A stretch of DNA of 64,000 bases from Candidatus Saccharicenans sp. (GTDB lineage Bacteria > Acidobacteriota > Aminicenantia > Aminicenantales > Saccharicenantaceae), in contig JAGOPD010000003.1 of NCBI GenBank assembly GCA_017992175.1, positions 7,811 through 71,810 on the forward strand, written 5' to 3'. The translations under genes were made by a program, and so were the position numbers. The stretch's first letter is position 1, and each line of letters opens with the position of its first letter. The notes under the pieces were generated by a model. That model saw nothing but the letters and a program-made list of their open reading frames with translations, made no database searches and was not told the DNA's origin. This document shows, in pieces, positions 28,999-36,890 of the stretch.

Positions 28999-29071
28999 CT
29001 GGGGCGGGAGGACTCGAACCTCCAAATGACGGATCCAAAGTCCGTTGCCTTACCAGTTTGGCTACGCCCCA
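28999..29071 (-). tRNA. tRNA-Gln (anticodon TTG)
   Basis: The reverse complement is TGGGGCGTAGCCAAACTGGTAAGGCAACGGACTTTGGATCCGTCATTTGGAGGTTCGAGTCCTCCCGCCCCAG. It has a 7-bp acceptor stem, a D-arm, an anticodon stem ACGGA/TCCGT with loop CTTTGGA (anticodon TTG), and a T-arm GGTTCGAGTCC. It closely resembles E. coli tRNA-Gln. CCA is not encoded. Confidence 0.8.
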
Positions 29072-29955
29072 GTCAGGAGCCTTTCCTTATATTGCTCGCG
29101 CCCGACTGTTTCCGCCAGGATAACTTTATACCTGGCTCTAAATTTGTCCGCAGCTTTTTCGGCCTGCTGCTTATCGCCAAAAAACCCGTAGACGGCCGAA
29201 CCAGAACCCGTCATCATAGACAGCTCCGCTCCGCTCTGGGTCATCTCCTCTTTAATCTCAGCTAACTGCGGATATATTTTAAAGGCAACGAGTTCTAAAT
29301 CATTCTTCAGTTGACGGAATAGAGACCTATCCTGCCTGGTCAAAAACTGAATAATTTTACTTTCTTTGCCACTTGAAGTCAAGGACGGCGAGCTGGCTTC
29401 ATACTCCTTAAAAACCCGGCTGGTCGACAGGGTAAAGTCAGGAATAACCAGGACCAGCCAGCCGGCCAGCAGGCCAGGTAAAGGTTCTAACCGGTCTCCG
29501 CGGCCCGCCCCGAAGCATAATCCCCCATAAAAGAAAAAGGGGACATCGGCTCCAATTGAGGCGCCCAGCTTGAGTAATGGCCCGGCCGGGAGATTAAGAT
29601 CCCACAGGCGGTTTAAAACCAACAGAGTTACAGCCGCATTGCTGCTACCGCCGGCCAGCCCGCGGCCGGGCGGTATGATTTTTTTTACTTCAATCTCTAC
29701 CCCCTGCTTACTCCCCGTCTCCTGCTTCAGGCTTAAAGCCGCCCGGTAAATCAGGTTACTTTCATCCCAGCCGATAGCGGGGAGGTCCCCGGCCAACTTA
29801 ATTGTATCGTCTATCCTTAGCCTGAAGACCAGCCGGTCACTCAGGTTAATTGTCTGAAACAGAGTCCGCAGCTCATGATAACCGTCTGGCTGGAGCCCGC
29901 TTACTTCCAGCCCGAAATTTATCTTGGCCAGGGACAAAGCTTCTATTTTTTCCAT
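29062..29955 (-). CDS. ispE: 4-diphosphocytidyl-2-C-methyl-D-erythritol kinase
   Basis: It has a GHMP-kinase fold. The ATP-loop is IPPGRGLAGGSSNAA. Also present are ...KINFGLEV.. and ..TGSGSAV.. It lies in the lolB-ispE-prs synteny. Confidence 0.85.
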   Translation of the reverse strand: MEKIEALSLAKINFGLEVSGLQPDGYHELRTLFQTINLSDRLVFRLRIDDTIKLAGDLPAIGWDESNLIYRAALSLKQETGSKQGVEIEVKKIIPPGRGLAGGSSNAAVTLLVLNRLWDLNLPAGPLLKLGASIGADVPFFFYGGLCFGAGRGDRLEPLPGLLAGWLVLVIPDFTLSTSRVFKEYEASSPSLTSSGKESKIIQFLTRQDRSLFRQLKNDLELVAFKIYPQLAEIKEEMTQSGAELSMMTGSGSAVYGFFGDKQQAEKAADKFRARYKVILAETVGREQYKERLLTGA

Positions 29956-30671
29956 AGGGCAGACAGCTCCTGCCAGGAGACTTCTTTAGCACCTGCCGGG
30001 AAAGAAGGTCTGAACAGTTCAGCTTTAGAGTCTTGATTAAATTTTATTTTTGACAGGCGGAGACGGGCTAAATAACTTTCAGTTTGAAAGATGATCGTCC
30101 TGGGAACCTGATTCCCGGAAAAATAATCTTTAAGTTCAAAACTGAGATCTTCCTTTCTTCCGCTTATTGCCCGGCCGGAAGTTTCACTGGTTATTTGCCA
30201 GCTGCCAGCCAGGCGGGCGACCTGTCCGGTCAGCAACCTGGACAAATCCTCAACTGAAATATCTCCTCCCAGAAATTCACTCAGCAGTAGACTGGTTGCT
30301 CCTTGCCAGACCAGGCGCTCGGACGTCAGATAAAGTGTGGCCCCCTCTCTACTGAGCCATAGAATCGATTCCAGCCCTCCCAGGGGATTAAGTACTTCCA
30401 GTCGCGCTCTGGCCAATGGCGTTTCAAAAAAAAAGTTCAGACGGCACCGCCCTTGTTGCTCAGGAGACTTGAAATAAAAAGAGGCTTGCCCTCTGAAATT
30501 AAGAATCTCGCCAGGAGGGACAACCAGGGGAGAGCTGGTCACACAAGCAGTATTGAAAATGATGACCGCTTCAGTCAGAAGCCAAACTAATAAAAACAAC
30601 CAGGCTTTTGGCCCTGGCTGCTGGCTGGCCGCTGAGACCGCCCCCTCTTCCCTCTTCTGCCTGTTAATCAA
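29943..30671 (-). CDS. LolB-like / DUF4292-like outer-membrane lipoprotein candidate
   Basis: An N-terminal hydrophobic segment ends in ...FNTAC. The body is predicted beta-rich. It sits immediately upstream of ispE, as lolB does in the E. coli lolB-ispE-prs operon. Sequence similarity was not verified. Confidence 0.35.
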   Translation of the reverse strand: MINRQKREEGAVSAASQQPGPKAWLFLLVWLLTEAVIIFNTACVTSSPLVVPPGEILNFRGQASFYFKSPEQQGRCRLNFFFETPLARARLEVLNPLGGLESILWLSREGATLYLTSERLVWQGATSLLLSEFLGGDISVEDLSRLLTGQVARLAGSWQITSETSGRAISGRKEDLSFELKDYFSGNQVPRTIIFQTESYLARLRLSKIKFNQDSKAELFRPSFPAGAKEVSWQELSALWKK

Positions 30672-30937
30672 TCTAATTTGAATCCGTAGTCCTCAGTTTT
30701 TTTCTTTTTAGACCTGGCTTGTTCATCGCCGGCCGGTGGTGAAGTTTCAGATTTTTTAGGCTGGCCTCCCAGTTCAAACTTATAATCTTTCACCGTCGCC
30801 CTTTTTTTCCTTTTCCTGGTCACCGGGTAAAAAGGCGAGCGAATCCTCCGGCCAAAACAGGACAGGTTAGGATTGATAATCATCAGGACAATAAAAAGGC
30901 CAAAGACGATTAGAATAGCATAAATTGTCCAGCTCAT
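30668..30937 (-). CDS. Small membrane-anchored basic protein (89 aa), unknown function
   Basis: An N-terminal TM helix (WTIYAILIVFGLFIVLMII) is followed by a highly basic tail. It carries two copies of a DY[KG]F[EK]L motif (KDYKFEL, EDYGFKL). Its start overlaps the next gene's start (ATGA overlap). Confidence 0.35.
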   Translation of the reverse strand: MSWTIYAILIVFGLFIVLMIINPNLSCFGRRIRSPFYPVTRKRKKRATVKDYKFELGGQPKKSETSPPAGDEQARSKKKKTEDYGFKLD

Positions 30938-30965
30938 AGCTATCTACCTGCCTTTATTTAACAAT

Positions 30966-30982
30966 CTATAATTATTATAGAT
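30966..30982. promoter_or_regulatory. Perfect 17-bp palindrome TCTATAATTATTATAGA in a promoter position
   Basis: The sequence reads identically on both strands and contains TATAAT on each strand. It lies 29 bp upstream of the small-protein/lolB-like/ispE operon start. Confidence 0.4.
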
Positions 30983-31024
30983 TCATCAAACATATTTGGC
31001 AAACTAATCTAGCGGCCCAGTCTC

Positions 31025-32470
31025 CTATTTTTCCCCGAAAACGAGTGCTTCAAATTTAAAAAGAGAACCAGATTTTTTCCAGGCCTGGTCAGGCAAGCCG
31101 GCTTTGCGGCAAACTTCTTTAAGAAAAGTCTCCCGGTCCCAGCCAAATTCGCTGGCCACTTGAGGCAGCAGCAAGCCGCTCCGGCCATTCTGCTGGATGA
31201 TCAAACCGTGCTGGCCAATCCTGATATCAGAAATAACCTGAACTGGCTCTGGCCGGGTCAGAATAGAAATTTCTATTTTGAGCTTATTTAGTTCTGAAGG
31301 CTTGACCGGGGAAAATCTCGGATCCTCGACAGCCGCATAGACCGCAGCTTGAATAACAGCTTGAAACAGGGGATAAACGGGCTCAACAAAACCAATGCAG
31401 CCCCGGAGTTCACCTTTTTCCGTCAGGGTTACAAAAGCACCCCTTTTCTCCAGGAATTCTGGATTGGAAGTTTCATAAGTCAAAAATTCCCTGTTGGCCA
31501 AATAATGCTCAATAGATTTTCTGGCTAAGGCCAGCAGTTCCTGTTGTTCGTTGTTACTCAAGGCCACAGCTGCTCTGTCTTCCTGGAGATAAACGGCGGC
31601 TGATAAATAGCCAACTACCCGATCGGCTGGCCCGCCGGCTGAAGTCGAATCGCCCGACTTGAGTATTTCAACTCTGGCTTGCCCAAGCTTTTGAGCATAA
31701 AGCAGGAGCGCGAGAACGGGCCCGCCTCCACACATCACGTTTTCGCCTCTCTCTATCTGGCGCAGCAGGGTTTTGATCTCCATGGACTTTAACAGCTCGA
31801 CAGTCTTACTGTCCTGTGCGCCTGCTGCTTCTCTGGTCAGAAAATGTGACAGGTCAGTCGAGGCGACAACCAGTGCTTTCCGCCCGGGCAAAATCTTGGC
31901 CAGAGCTGAGGCTAAGCGGCTGATTGTATCTTCAGTCTGATAGCCCATGACGACTGGCACTATTTGTGCCTGAGGAAAGATTCTCTGGATAAAAGGAATC
32001 TGGACTTCGATGGAATGTTCCTGGCGGTGGGCCTCGGCAATATATTTAAAGCCAGAGACTTTAGCCAGTTCGCCGGCCAGGGCTGCATCCACTTCGGCCA
32101 CGCCCAGTGGTGTCTCAAAACCTCCTTTTTGATAAATGGAACAACCTTCAAACCCAGTCTGGTGAGAAGGGCCAATAATAACCACTGTCGAGATATCGAG
32201 CCCTTTGGCCAGCTTGTAGCCGCTGGCCGCTATCTGGCCGGCATAGACATAGCCGGCGTGGGGAGAAATGAGCCCGATCAGCTGGCCGTTAAGGGCAGGT
32301 GGATTAGCTGTCTCAAGATAATGATCAATTAAATAGGCCAGGCGGGCCGGGTCAGCTTCATAAAACTGACCAGCCCAGACCGGCTTTCTGATCCCTTGAG
32401 CCAGGCTGGAAGCAACCAGCAGGCCTACTGCCAATAAGACCAGGACCACGACCGGAAGCTTCATTTTCAT
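31025..32470 (-). CDS. Secreted fusion protein: AmmeMemoRadiSam system protein B (MEMO1-like) fused N-terminally to protein A (AMMECR1 domain)
   Basis: The Sec signal peptide is MKMKLPVVVLVLLAVGLLVASSLA/QG. The MEMO motifs are ISPHAGYVYAG, STDLSHF and MCGGGP. The C-terminal AMMECR1 core is LRGCIGFVEP...VEDPRFSPV. Confidence 0.7.
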   Translation of the reverse strand: MKMKLPVVVLVLLAVGLLVASSLAQGIRKPVWAGQFYEADPARLAYLIDHYLETANPPALNGQLIGLISPHAGYVYAGQIAASGYKLAKGLDISTVVIIGPSHQTGFEGCSIYQKGGFETPLGVAEVDAALAGELAKVSGFKYIAEAHRQEHSIEVQIPFIQRIFPQAQIVPVVMGYQTEDTISRLASALAKILPGRKALVVASTDLSHFLTREAAGAQDSKTVELLKSMEIKTLLRQIERGENVMCGGGPVLALLLYAQKLGQARVEILKSGDSTSAGGPADRVVGYLSAAVYLQEDRAAVALSNNEQQELLALARKSIEHYLANREFLTYETSNPEFLEKRGAFVTLTEKGELRGCIGFVEPVYPLFQAVIQAAVYAAVEDPRFSPVKPSELNKLKIEISILTRPEPVQVISDIRIGQHGLIIQQNGRSGLLLPQVASEFGWDRETFLKEVCRKAGLPDQAWKKSGSLFKFEALVFGEK

Positions 32471-32620
32471 GATTGCCTCCCTTTTTTAATATTAAGCTTT
32501 TAGAGGTCCGCTGGCAAATAAACAATATTTTAAGGAAAATCAGCAAAAATTGCATAAAAATAGCCCTAACCTGTTGACATTCCACAGCTTTTAGGGAAAA
32601 ATTTAGACAGGAAGGCAAAA

Positions 32621-32746
32621 ATGAAGAAGTTATTGAAGTTCCTCTTAATTATAACCTCGATTTTTTCCATGTTTCTGGTTGGCTTCCATCTGGGTCAGGA
32701 AAAAGAAAAAGCCAGAATCCCTAAGTTTCAGGATGACCAGGATTAA
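32621..32746 (+). CDS. Small unannotated ORF, 41 aa, single TM helix
   Basis: The product is MKKLLKFLLIITSIFSMFLVGFHLGQEKEKARIPKFQDDQD. A good RBS (AGGAAGG) lies 7 nt upstream and TTGACA at 32574. The ORF is below the track threshold. Confidence 0.3.
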   Translation: MKKLLKFLLIITSIFSMFLVGFHLGQEKEKARIPKFQDDQD

Positions 32747-32835
32747 TCCTGTAACTTACGGGTTTAATATTTTTTCAATATTTTGTCTCTTCGGTTAAGC
32801 CAGCCCAGATCAAAATGGTCTGGATATTAATCCTT

Positions 32836-32855
32836 CAGTTTGTTAGTGCTATAAT
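32836..32855 (+). promoter_or_regulatory. Extended -10 promoter (TGcTATAAT) for the fmdB-like / GT9 genes
   Basis: GTGCTATAAT ends at 32855, about 50 nt upstream of the ATG at 32905. Confidence 0.4.
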
Positions 32856-32904
32856 CTAATACTTATAAGACTTAACTCTATCAGTTGGCTTCAGGAGAAA
32901 GAGA

Positions 32905-33186
32905 ATGCCGATATATGAATACCGCTGCCAGAAATGTCATCGGACCTTTGAAGCTATGCAAAAATTAAAAGATAAGCCTCTGGATAAGTGTCCTCATTGT
33001 CAGGGCCGGCTGGTCCGGTTGATTTCCTCGCCAGCTATCCAGTTTAAGGGTTCTGGCTGGTATATCACCGACTATGCTCATAAGAATTCCCCTTCCGGGG
33101 ATAATGGTCACAAAAAAGATCAGGCTGAAAAGATCGGAGACAGCCGGAACAATAAAAAGCCGGAGAGTCCGGCCGCTGGCAAATAG
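32905..33186 (+). CDS. FmdB-family zinc-ribbon protein
   Basis: MPIYEYRCQKCHRTFE...CPHCQG is the CxxC...CxxC FmdB ribbon. It has a low-complexity basic tail. Confidence 0.7.
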   Translation: MPIYEYRCQKCHRTFEAMQKLKDKPLDKCPHCQGRLVRLISSPAIQFKGSGWYITDYAHKNSPSGDNGHKKDQAEKIGDSRNNKKPESPAAGK

Positions 33187-33228
33187 TATATTTTGACAGT
33201 TATCCGTCCTGGCGATAGAATTATCCTG

Positions 33229-34236
33229 ATGAAAGTTCTCGTTTATCTGCCTCCCTCCCTGGGTGCATCACTATTATCACTTCCCTGTCTCAAGTCCTGG
33301 CAGGCCAACTTCCCGGAGGCTGAAATTCATCTTCTGTTGCGCCCCTCGCTGGAACGGTTATTCGCGGTCATTTTACCTGAATATCACCTGATTCCGGTGA
33401 GCGAAGTCAGGGACATCCCCCGGCTGAGGAGAACCGCCAATCATCTGAAAAAAATGAACATTGACTTTGGCCTGCTTCTCGACAATTCTTTTACTTCAGC
33501 CCTACTTTTCTACCTGGCCAGAATACCGGAACGCTGGGGTTATGATCATGAAGGCCGGGGTTTCATGCTCACCAGGAAATTCAGGCTGAGAGCTACCGAT
33601 CCTCCCCTCCATCTAAAAGATTATTACCTGAATCTTTTAAAGAAAGTCGGGTTGAGGCTGGCTGATAATCCCTTTCAATTGACTGTGTCCAGCCCGGGCC
33701 TGCTCCGGACTGATAAACTTTTACAGGACTTTGGCTTAACTGCTGACCGGCCTATTATTGCTATTAAACCCGGTTCCAGCTTTGGGCCAGCCCGCGTCTG
33801 GCCAGTCCAGCATCAGGCAGAACTTATAGACAGGCTGAGAGCTGAGCTCTACCAGGTCATCCTGATCGGGTCAGCTGCCAGCCGTCCTGTCGCCCAGGCC
33901 ATCCAGAGTAGTCTTGGACAGAAGGCCGTTGATCTGACCGGACGGCTCGAAATCGAAGATCTGCCTTCCCTGCTGACCCGCTGTCAGGCTTTGGTGGGTA
34001 ACGACTCCGGCTTGACTCACCTGGCTAATTTCCTTGGCTTACCGGTGGTCGCCCTGTATGGCCCGACTGATCCAGAGATCTGCGGCCCAATCAGGCAGCC
34101 GGTGGCTATTTTGAAAAAGCCCGTTCCCTGTTCTCCCTGCTCTTATAAAACCTGCCCGTATGATCAACGGTGCCTTAATAACATCCAGCCGGAAGAAGTC
34201 TACCAGGCTTTACAGAGTTTATTAAAGTTTAAATGA
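33229..34236 (+). CDS. Glycosyltransferase family 9 (ADP-heptose:LPS heptosyltransferase-like)
   Basis: The N-terminus MKVLVYLPPSLGA... is the typical GT9 start. ...LLDNSFTSALLFYLARIPERWGY.. is also present, and a C-terminal GT-B half (...GNDSGLTHLA..LGLPVVALYGPT). An alternative upstream ATG exists at 33193. Confidence 0.75.
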   Translation: MKVLVYLPPSLGASLLSLPCLKSWQANFPEAEIHLLLRPSLERLFAVILPEYHLIPVSEVRDIPRLRRTANHLKKMNIDFGLLLDNSFTSALLFYLARIPERWGYDHEGRGFMLTRKFRLRATDPPLHLKDYYLNLLKKVGLRLADNPFQLTVSSPGLLRTDKLLQDFGLTADRPIIAIKPGSSFGPARVWPVQHQAELIDRLRAELYQVILIGSAASRPVAQAIQSSLGQKAVDLTGRLEIEDLPSLLTRCQALVGNDSGLTHLANFLGLPVVALYGPTDPEICGPIRQPVAILKKPVPCSPCSYKTCPYDQRCLNNIQPEEVYQALQSLLKFK

Positions 34237-34273
34237 CTATCGACGGGCAGTAGCTCACCCGAAAGAAAGGCCA

Positions 34274-36421
34274 ATGATCCGTTTTGATGATATCGTCGAA
34301 AAAATTCAAGGGGACTATACAGAAAAAGATATCAGGACCTTGCAAAAGGCCTACATCTTTGCTGCCCGGGCCCACCAGGGCCAGATCCGGCGGTCCGGGG
34401 AGCCCTATCTGAGCCATCCTCTGGAAGTGACCAATCTCCTGGCCGAAATGCACCTTGATCTGACTACTTTGATTGCGGCTCTTCTCCACGATGTGCCTGA
34501 AGATACAGAAGTCACCCTGGCTGAAATCCGGGAAAACTTCGGCCGGGAAGTTGCTACTCTGGTCGAAGGGGTGACGAAAATCAGCCGGGTCGAGGATACC
34601 TCGCCTGAAGATACCAGGGCTGAGACCATTAGAAAAATCATTCTGGCTATGACCGATGACCTGAGAGTAATTTTTATCAAACTGGCTGATCGCTGGCATA
34701 ATTTGAAAACCTTGCATTTTCTAAGCGAGGATAAGCAGAAACGAATTGCCCGGGAAACTCTGGATATTTATGCCCCCATCGCTAACCGCTTAGGCATGGG
34801 GCGGATCAGAGCCGAGCTGGAAGAGCTATCTTTCCGCTACGTTGAGCCTGATGAGTATTTCCGCCTGGTTGCCCTGGTTGAACCAGCCCTCAAAAAGGGT
34901 GAAAAAGAACTGAAGAAATTCAAAAAAGAGATGGAGCAGCTGCTGAAGGATAACCACCTGGAGGTTGAAGTTCAATCCCGGATCAAGCGGCTTTACAGCA
35001 TTTATATCAAGATGCAGAAAAAAAATATTGAGTTTGACCAGGTCTACGATTTTCTGGCCCTGCGCATCATCACTGATTCGGTTAAAAGCTGTTATGCCGC
35101 TCTGGGGATCATTCATCAGCGCTGGCCGCATTTGCCCCAACGTTTTCACGATTACATTGCTATGCCTAAAAGCAACCTCTATCAATCGCTGCACACGACC
35201 ATCATCACCGAGAACCAGCAAACGTTTGAAATTCAAATCAGAACCAGAGAGATGCATGAACTGGCGGAAAATGGCATTTCCGCCCACTGGAAGTACAAAG
35301 AGGGAGCTCCTTCTGGCCTTGGCTCTGAAGATCAAAGGCTCCAGTGGCTGCGGGAAATCGCCACCCTGTTCAGCGAGCAAAAAAATTCAAGAGAATTCCT
35401 GAAAAATCTTAAAATCAACTTGATCCCGGAAGAAATTTATGCTTTTACCCCGAAAGGGCAAGTGATCAGTTTACCCCCCGGTGCAACCGCTCTCGATTTT
35501 GCCTTTAAGATTCACACCGAAATCGGCTTACAGGCCAAAGAGGCCAGGATTAACGGAGAAATTATGCCCATCAAAACCACTTTGAAGAGTGGCGATATAG
35601 TCGAGATAATCACTTCGGCTGAGCGCAGTCCTCACCGCAGCTGGCTAAACTGGGTAGCCACCGCTTCAGCCCGGCAACAAATTAAAAAATATCTCAATTT
35701 GAAAAAGCGCAGCCTGAGCATCGCCCTGGGTAAAAAGCTTTGGGACAAAGAATTAAAAAAGTATAAGCTGCCAGCCGACTTTCTAAATGAAGCCGAGTTG
35801 CTCCAGCGACTTAATCAGCAATTAAGCTGGACTTTAAACGATCTGGATGATTTTTATTATCTGGCTGGTTCCGGCCAGCTGATCATTAATGAAGAATTTA
35901 TCAAGGGTCTTCACTCTGGAGTCAAGCGGCCAGCGGGCTTACTCAAAAAAATGGTGGAGACCATTGCCGGCCGGCCAGCTGGAGTAAGATTAGTCATCAA
36001 AGACCCTGAAGAGCAAATGATCCATTTGGCCCGCTGTTGCTCCCCGATTAAAGGCGAGCCGGTGGTTGGCTATCTGACCAGCGGCAAGGGTTTAACTGTG
36101 CATGCCCAGCGGTGCCATCTGGTCCAGAAAGAAATTCTCGACAGCCAGAGGCTAGTTGAGGTCGCCTGGGATCCGTCTTATCCGGGCCTGTTTAAGGCCA
36201 GATTAATGATTAAAGCCAAGGACTCGCCTGGGGTATTAGCCCGGGTAGCTACCGCTGTGGCCGAACTCAAAGGAAACATTTCCAGAGCAGAAGTAAAAAC
36301 AGGCAGTGATGGTCAGGCCATCATGTCTCTCGAAGTAGACATCAATGACTTAGCCCAGCTGGAGGAAATATCTAAAAAAATTGGGCGCCTGAAGGATATT
36401 TATTCTGTAACGCGGGAATAA
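34274..36421 (+). CDS. relA/spoT: Bifunctional (p)ppGpp synthetase/hydrolase
   Basis: The HD domain (SGEPYLSHPLEV, HD...ED), the synthetase domain (..YRSLHTTII..), and the TGS, ZFD and C-terminal ACT domains are all present. Confidence 0.9.
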   Translation: MIRFDDIVEKIQGDYTEKDIRTLQKAYIFAARAHQGQIRRSGEPYLSHPLEVTNLLAEMHLDLTTLIAALLHDVPEDTEVTLAEIRENFGREVATLVEGVTKISRVEDTSPEDTRAETIRKIILAMTDDLRVIFIKLADRWHNLKTLHFLSEDKQKRIARETLDIYAPIANRLGMGRIRAELEELSFRYVEPDEYFRLVALVEPALKKGEKELKKFKKEMEQLLKDNHLEVEVQSRIKRLYSIYIKMQKKNIEFDQVYDFLALRIITDSVKSCYAALGIIHQRWPHLPQRFHDYIAMPKSNLYQSLHTTIITENQQTFEIQIRTREMHELAENGISAHWKYKEGAPSGLGSEDQRLQWLREIATLFSEQKNSREFLKNLKINLIPEEIYAFTPKGQVISLPPGATALDFAFKIHTEIGLQAKEARINGEIMPIKTTLKSGDIVEIITSAERSPHRSWLNWVATASARQQIKKYLNLKKRSLSIALGKKLWDKELKKYKLPADFLNEAELLQRLNQQLSWTLNDLDDFYYLAGSGQLIINEEFIKGLHSGVKRPAGLLKKMVETIAGRPAGVRLVIKDPEEQMIHLARCCSPIKGEPVVGYLTSGKGLTVHAQRCHLVQKEILDSQRLVEVAWDPSYPGLFKARLMIKAKDSPGVLARVATAVAELKGNISRAEVKTGSDGQAIMSLEVDINDLAQLEEISKKIGRLKDIYSVTRE

Positions 36422-36422
36422 A

Positions 36423-36614
36423 TTAAACTGCCTTTTTTACCCGGCCGGAACGAAGGCAGCGGGTGCAAACCAACATTTTTTTGGTGCCCTGATCGGTTGC
36501 TACCCGAACTTCCTGGAGGTTAGGACTCCATTTTTTGGGCGAAGCCTTATGAGAATGACTGACACTATGACCAAACTGAGGACCTTTATGACAAATCTCA
36601 CAAACTTTTGGCAT
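36423..36614 (-). CDS. rpmB: 50S ribosomal protein L28
   Basis: MPKVCEICHKGPQFGHSVSHSHKASPKKWSPNLQEV... Confidence 0.85.
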   Translation of the reverse strand: MPKVCEICHKGPQFGHSVSHSHKASPKKWSPNLQEVRVATDQGTKKMLVCTRCLRSGRVKKAV

Positions 36615-36777
36615 ATTTACTCTCTTCTTCCGAAATTAGCCTGACAGGCTAAAACAGATGTATAGCATAAAACCGGACTAAAAGCAATCGCTTCAATTGA
36701 TTTCTTCAGACCGGACAGCGGCTCGTCCCGGCCTGAAGTTTGAAGGCCAACCACAGTTAAAATTGAAAACTTTCTGC

Positions 36778-36806
36778 TTGAAATTCAGCCGCGAGCATGG
36801 TAAGAT
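36778..36806 (+). promoter_or_regulatory. Candidate dnaA promoter (TTGAAA-17-TAAGAT)
   Basis: The hexamers are at 36778-36783 and 36801-36806. This places the DnaA-box cluster in the 5' UTR. Confidence 0.4.
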
Positions 36807-36845
36807 GGCTGGCGAATCCCCCACCAGGAAAGCACTGGGGATTAC

Positions 36846-36877
36846 TTTTCCACAGCTGTGGATATTTCTGTGGAAAT
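36846..36877. promoter_or_regulatory. DnaA-box cluster (three boxes around a 12-bp palindrome); candidate oriC element / dnaA autoregulation site
   Basis: TTTTCCACA is at 36846-54. TGTGGATAT (reverse complement ATATCCACA) is at 36857-65. TGTGGAAAT (reverse complement ATTTCCACA) is at 36869-77. The consensus is TTATCCACA. The perfect palindrome CCACAGCTGTGG spans 36850-61. Confidence 0.5.
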
Positions 36878-36890
36878 CTTGCTGGGCAAA

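Noticed and set aside
33193-33221. TTGACA-17-TAGAAT promoter-like hexamers lying between the fmdB-like stop and the GT9 ATG at 33229, implying a leaderless GT9 mRNA
   Set aside because: The gap to the ATG is only about 7 nt, and an in-frame upstream ATG (33193) could instead make this coding sequence. The evidence is too weak to call.
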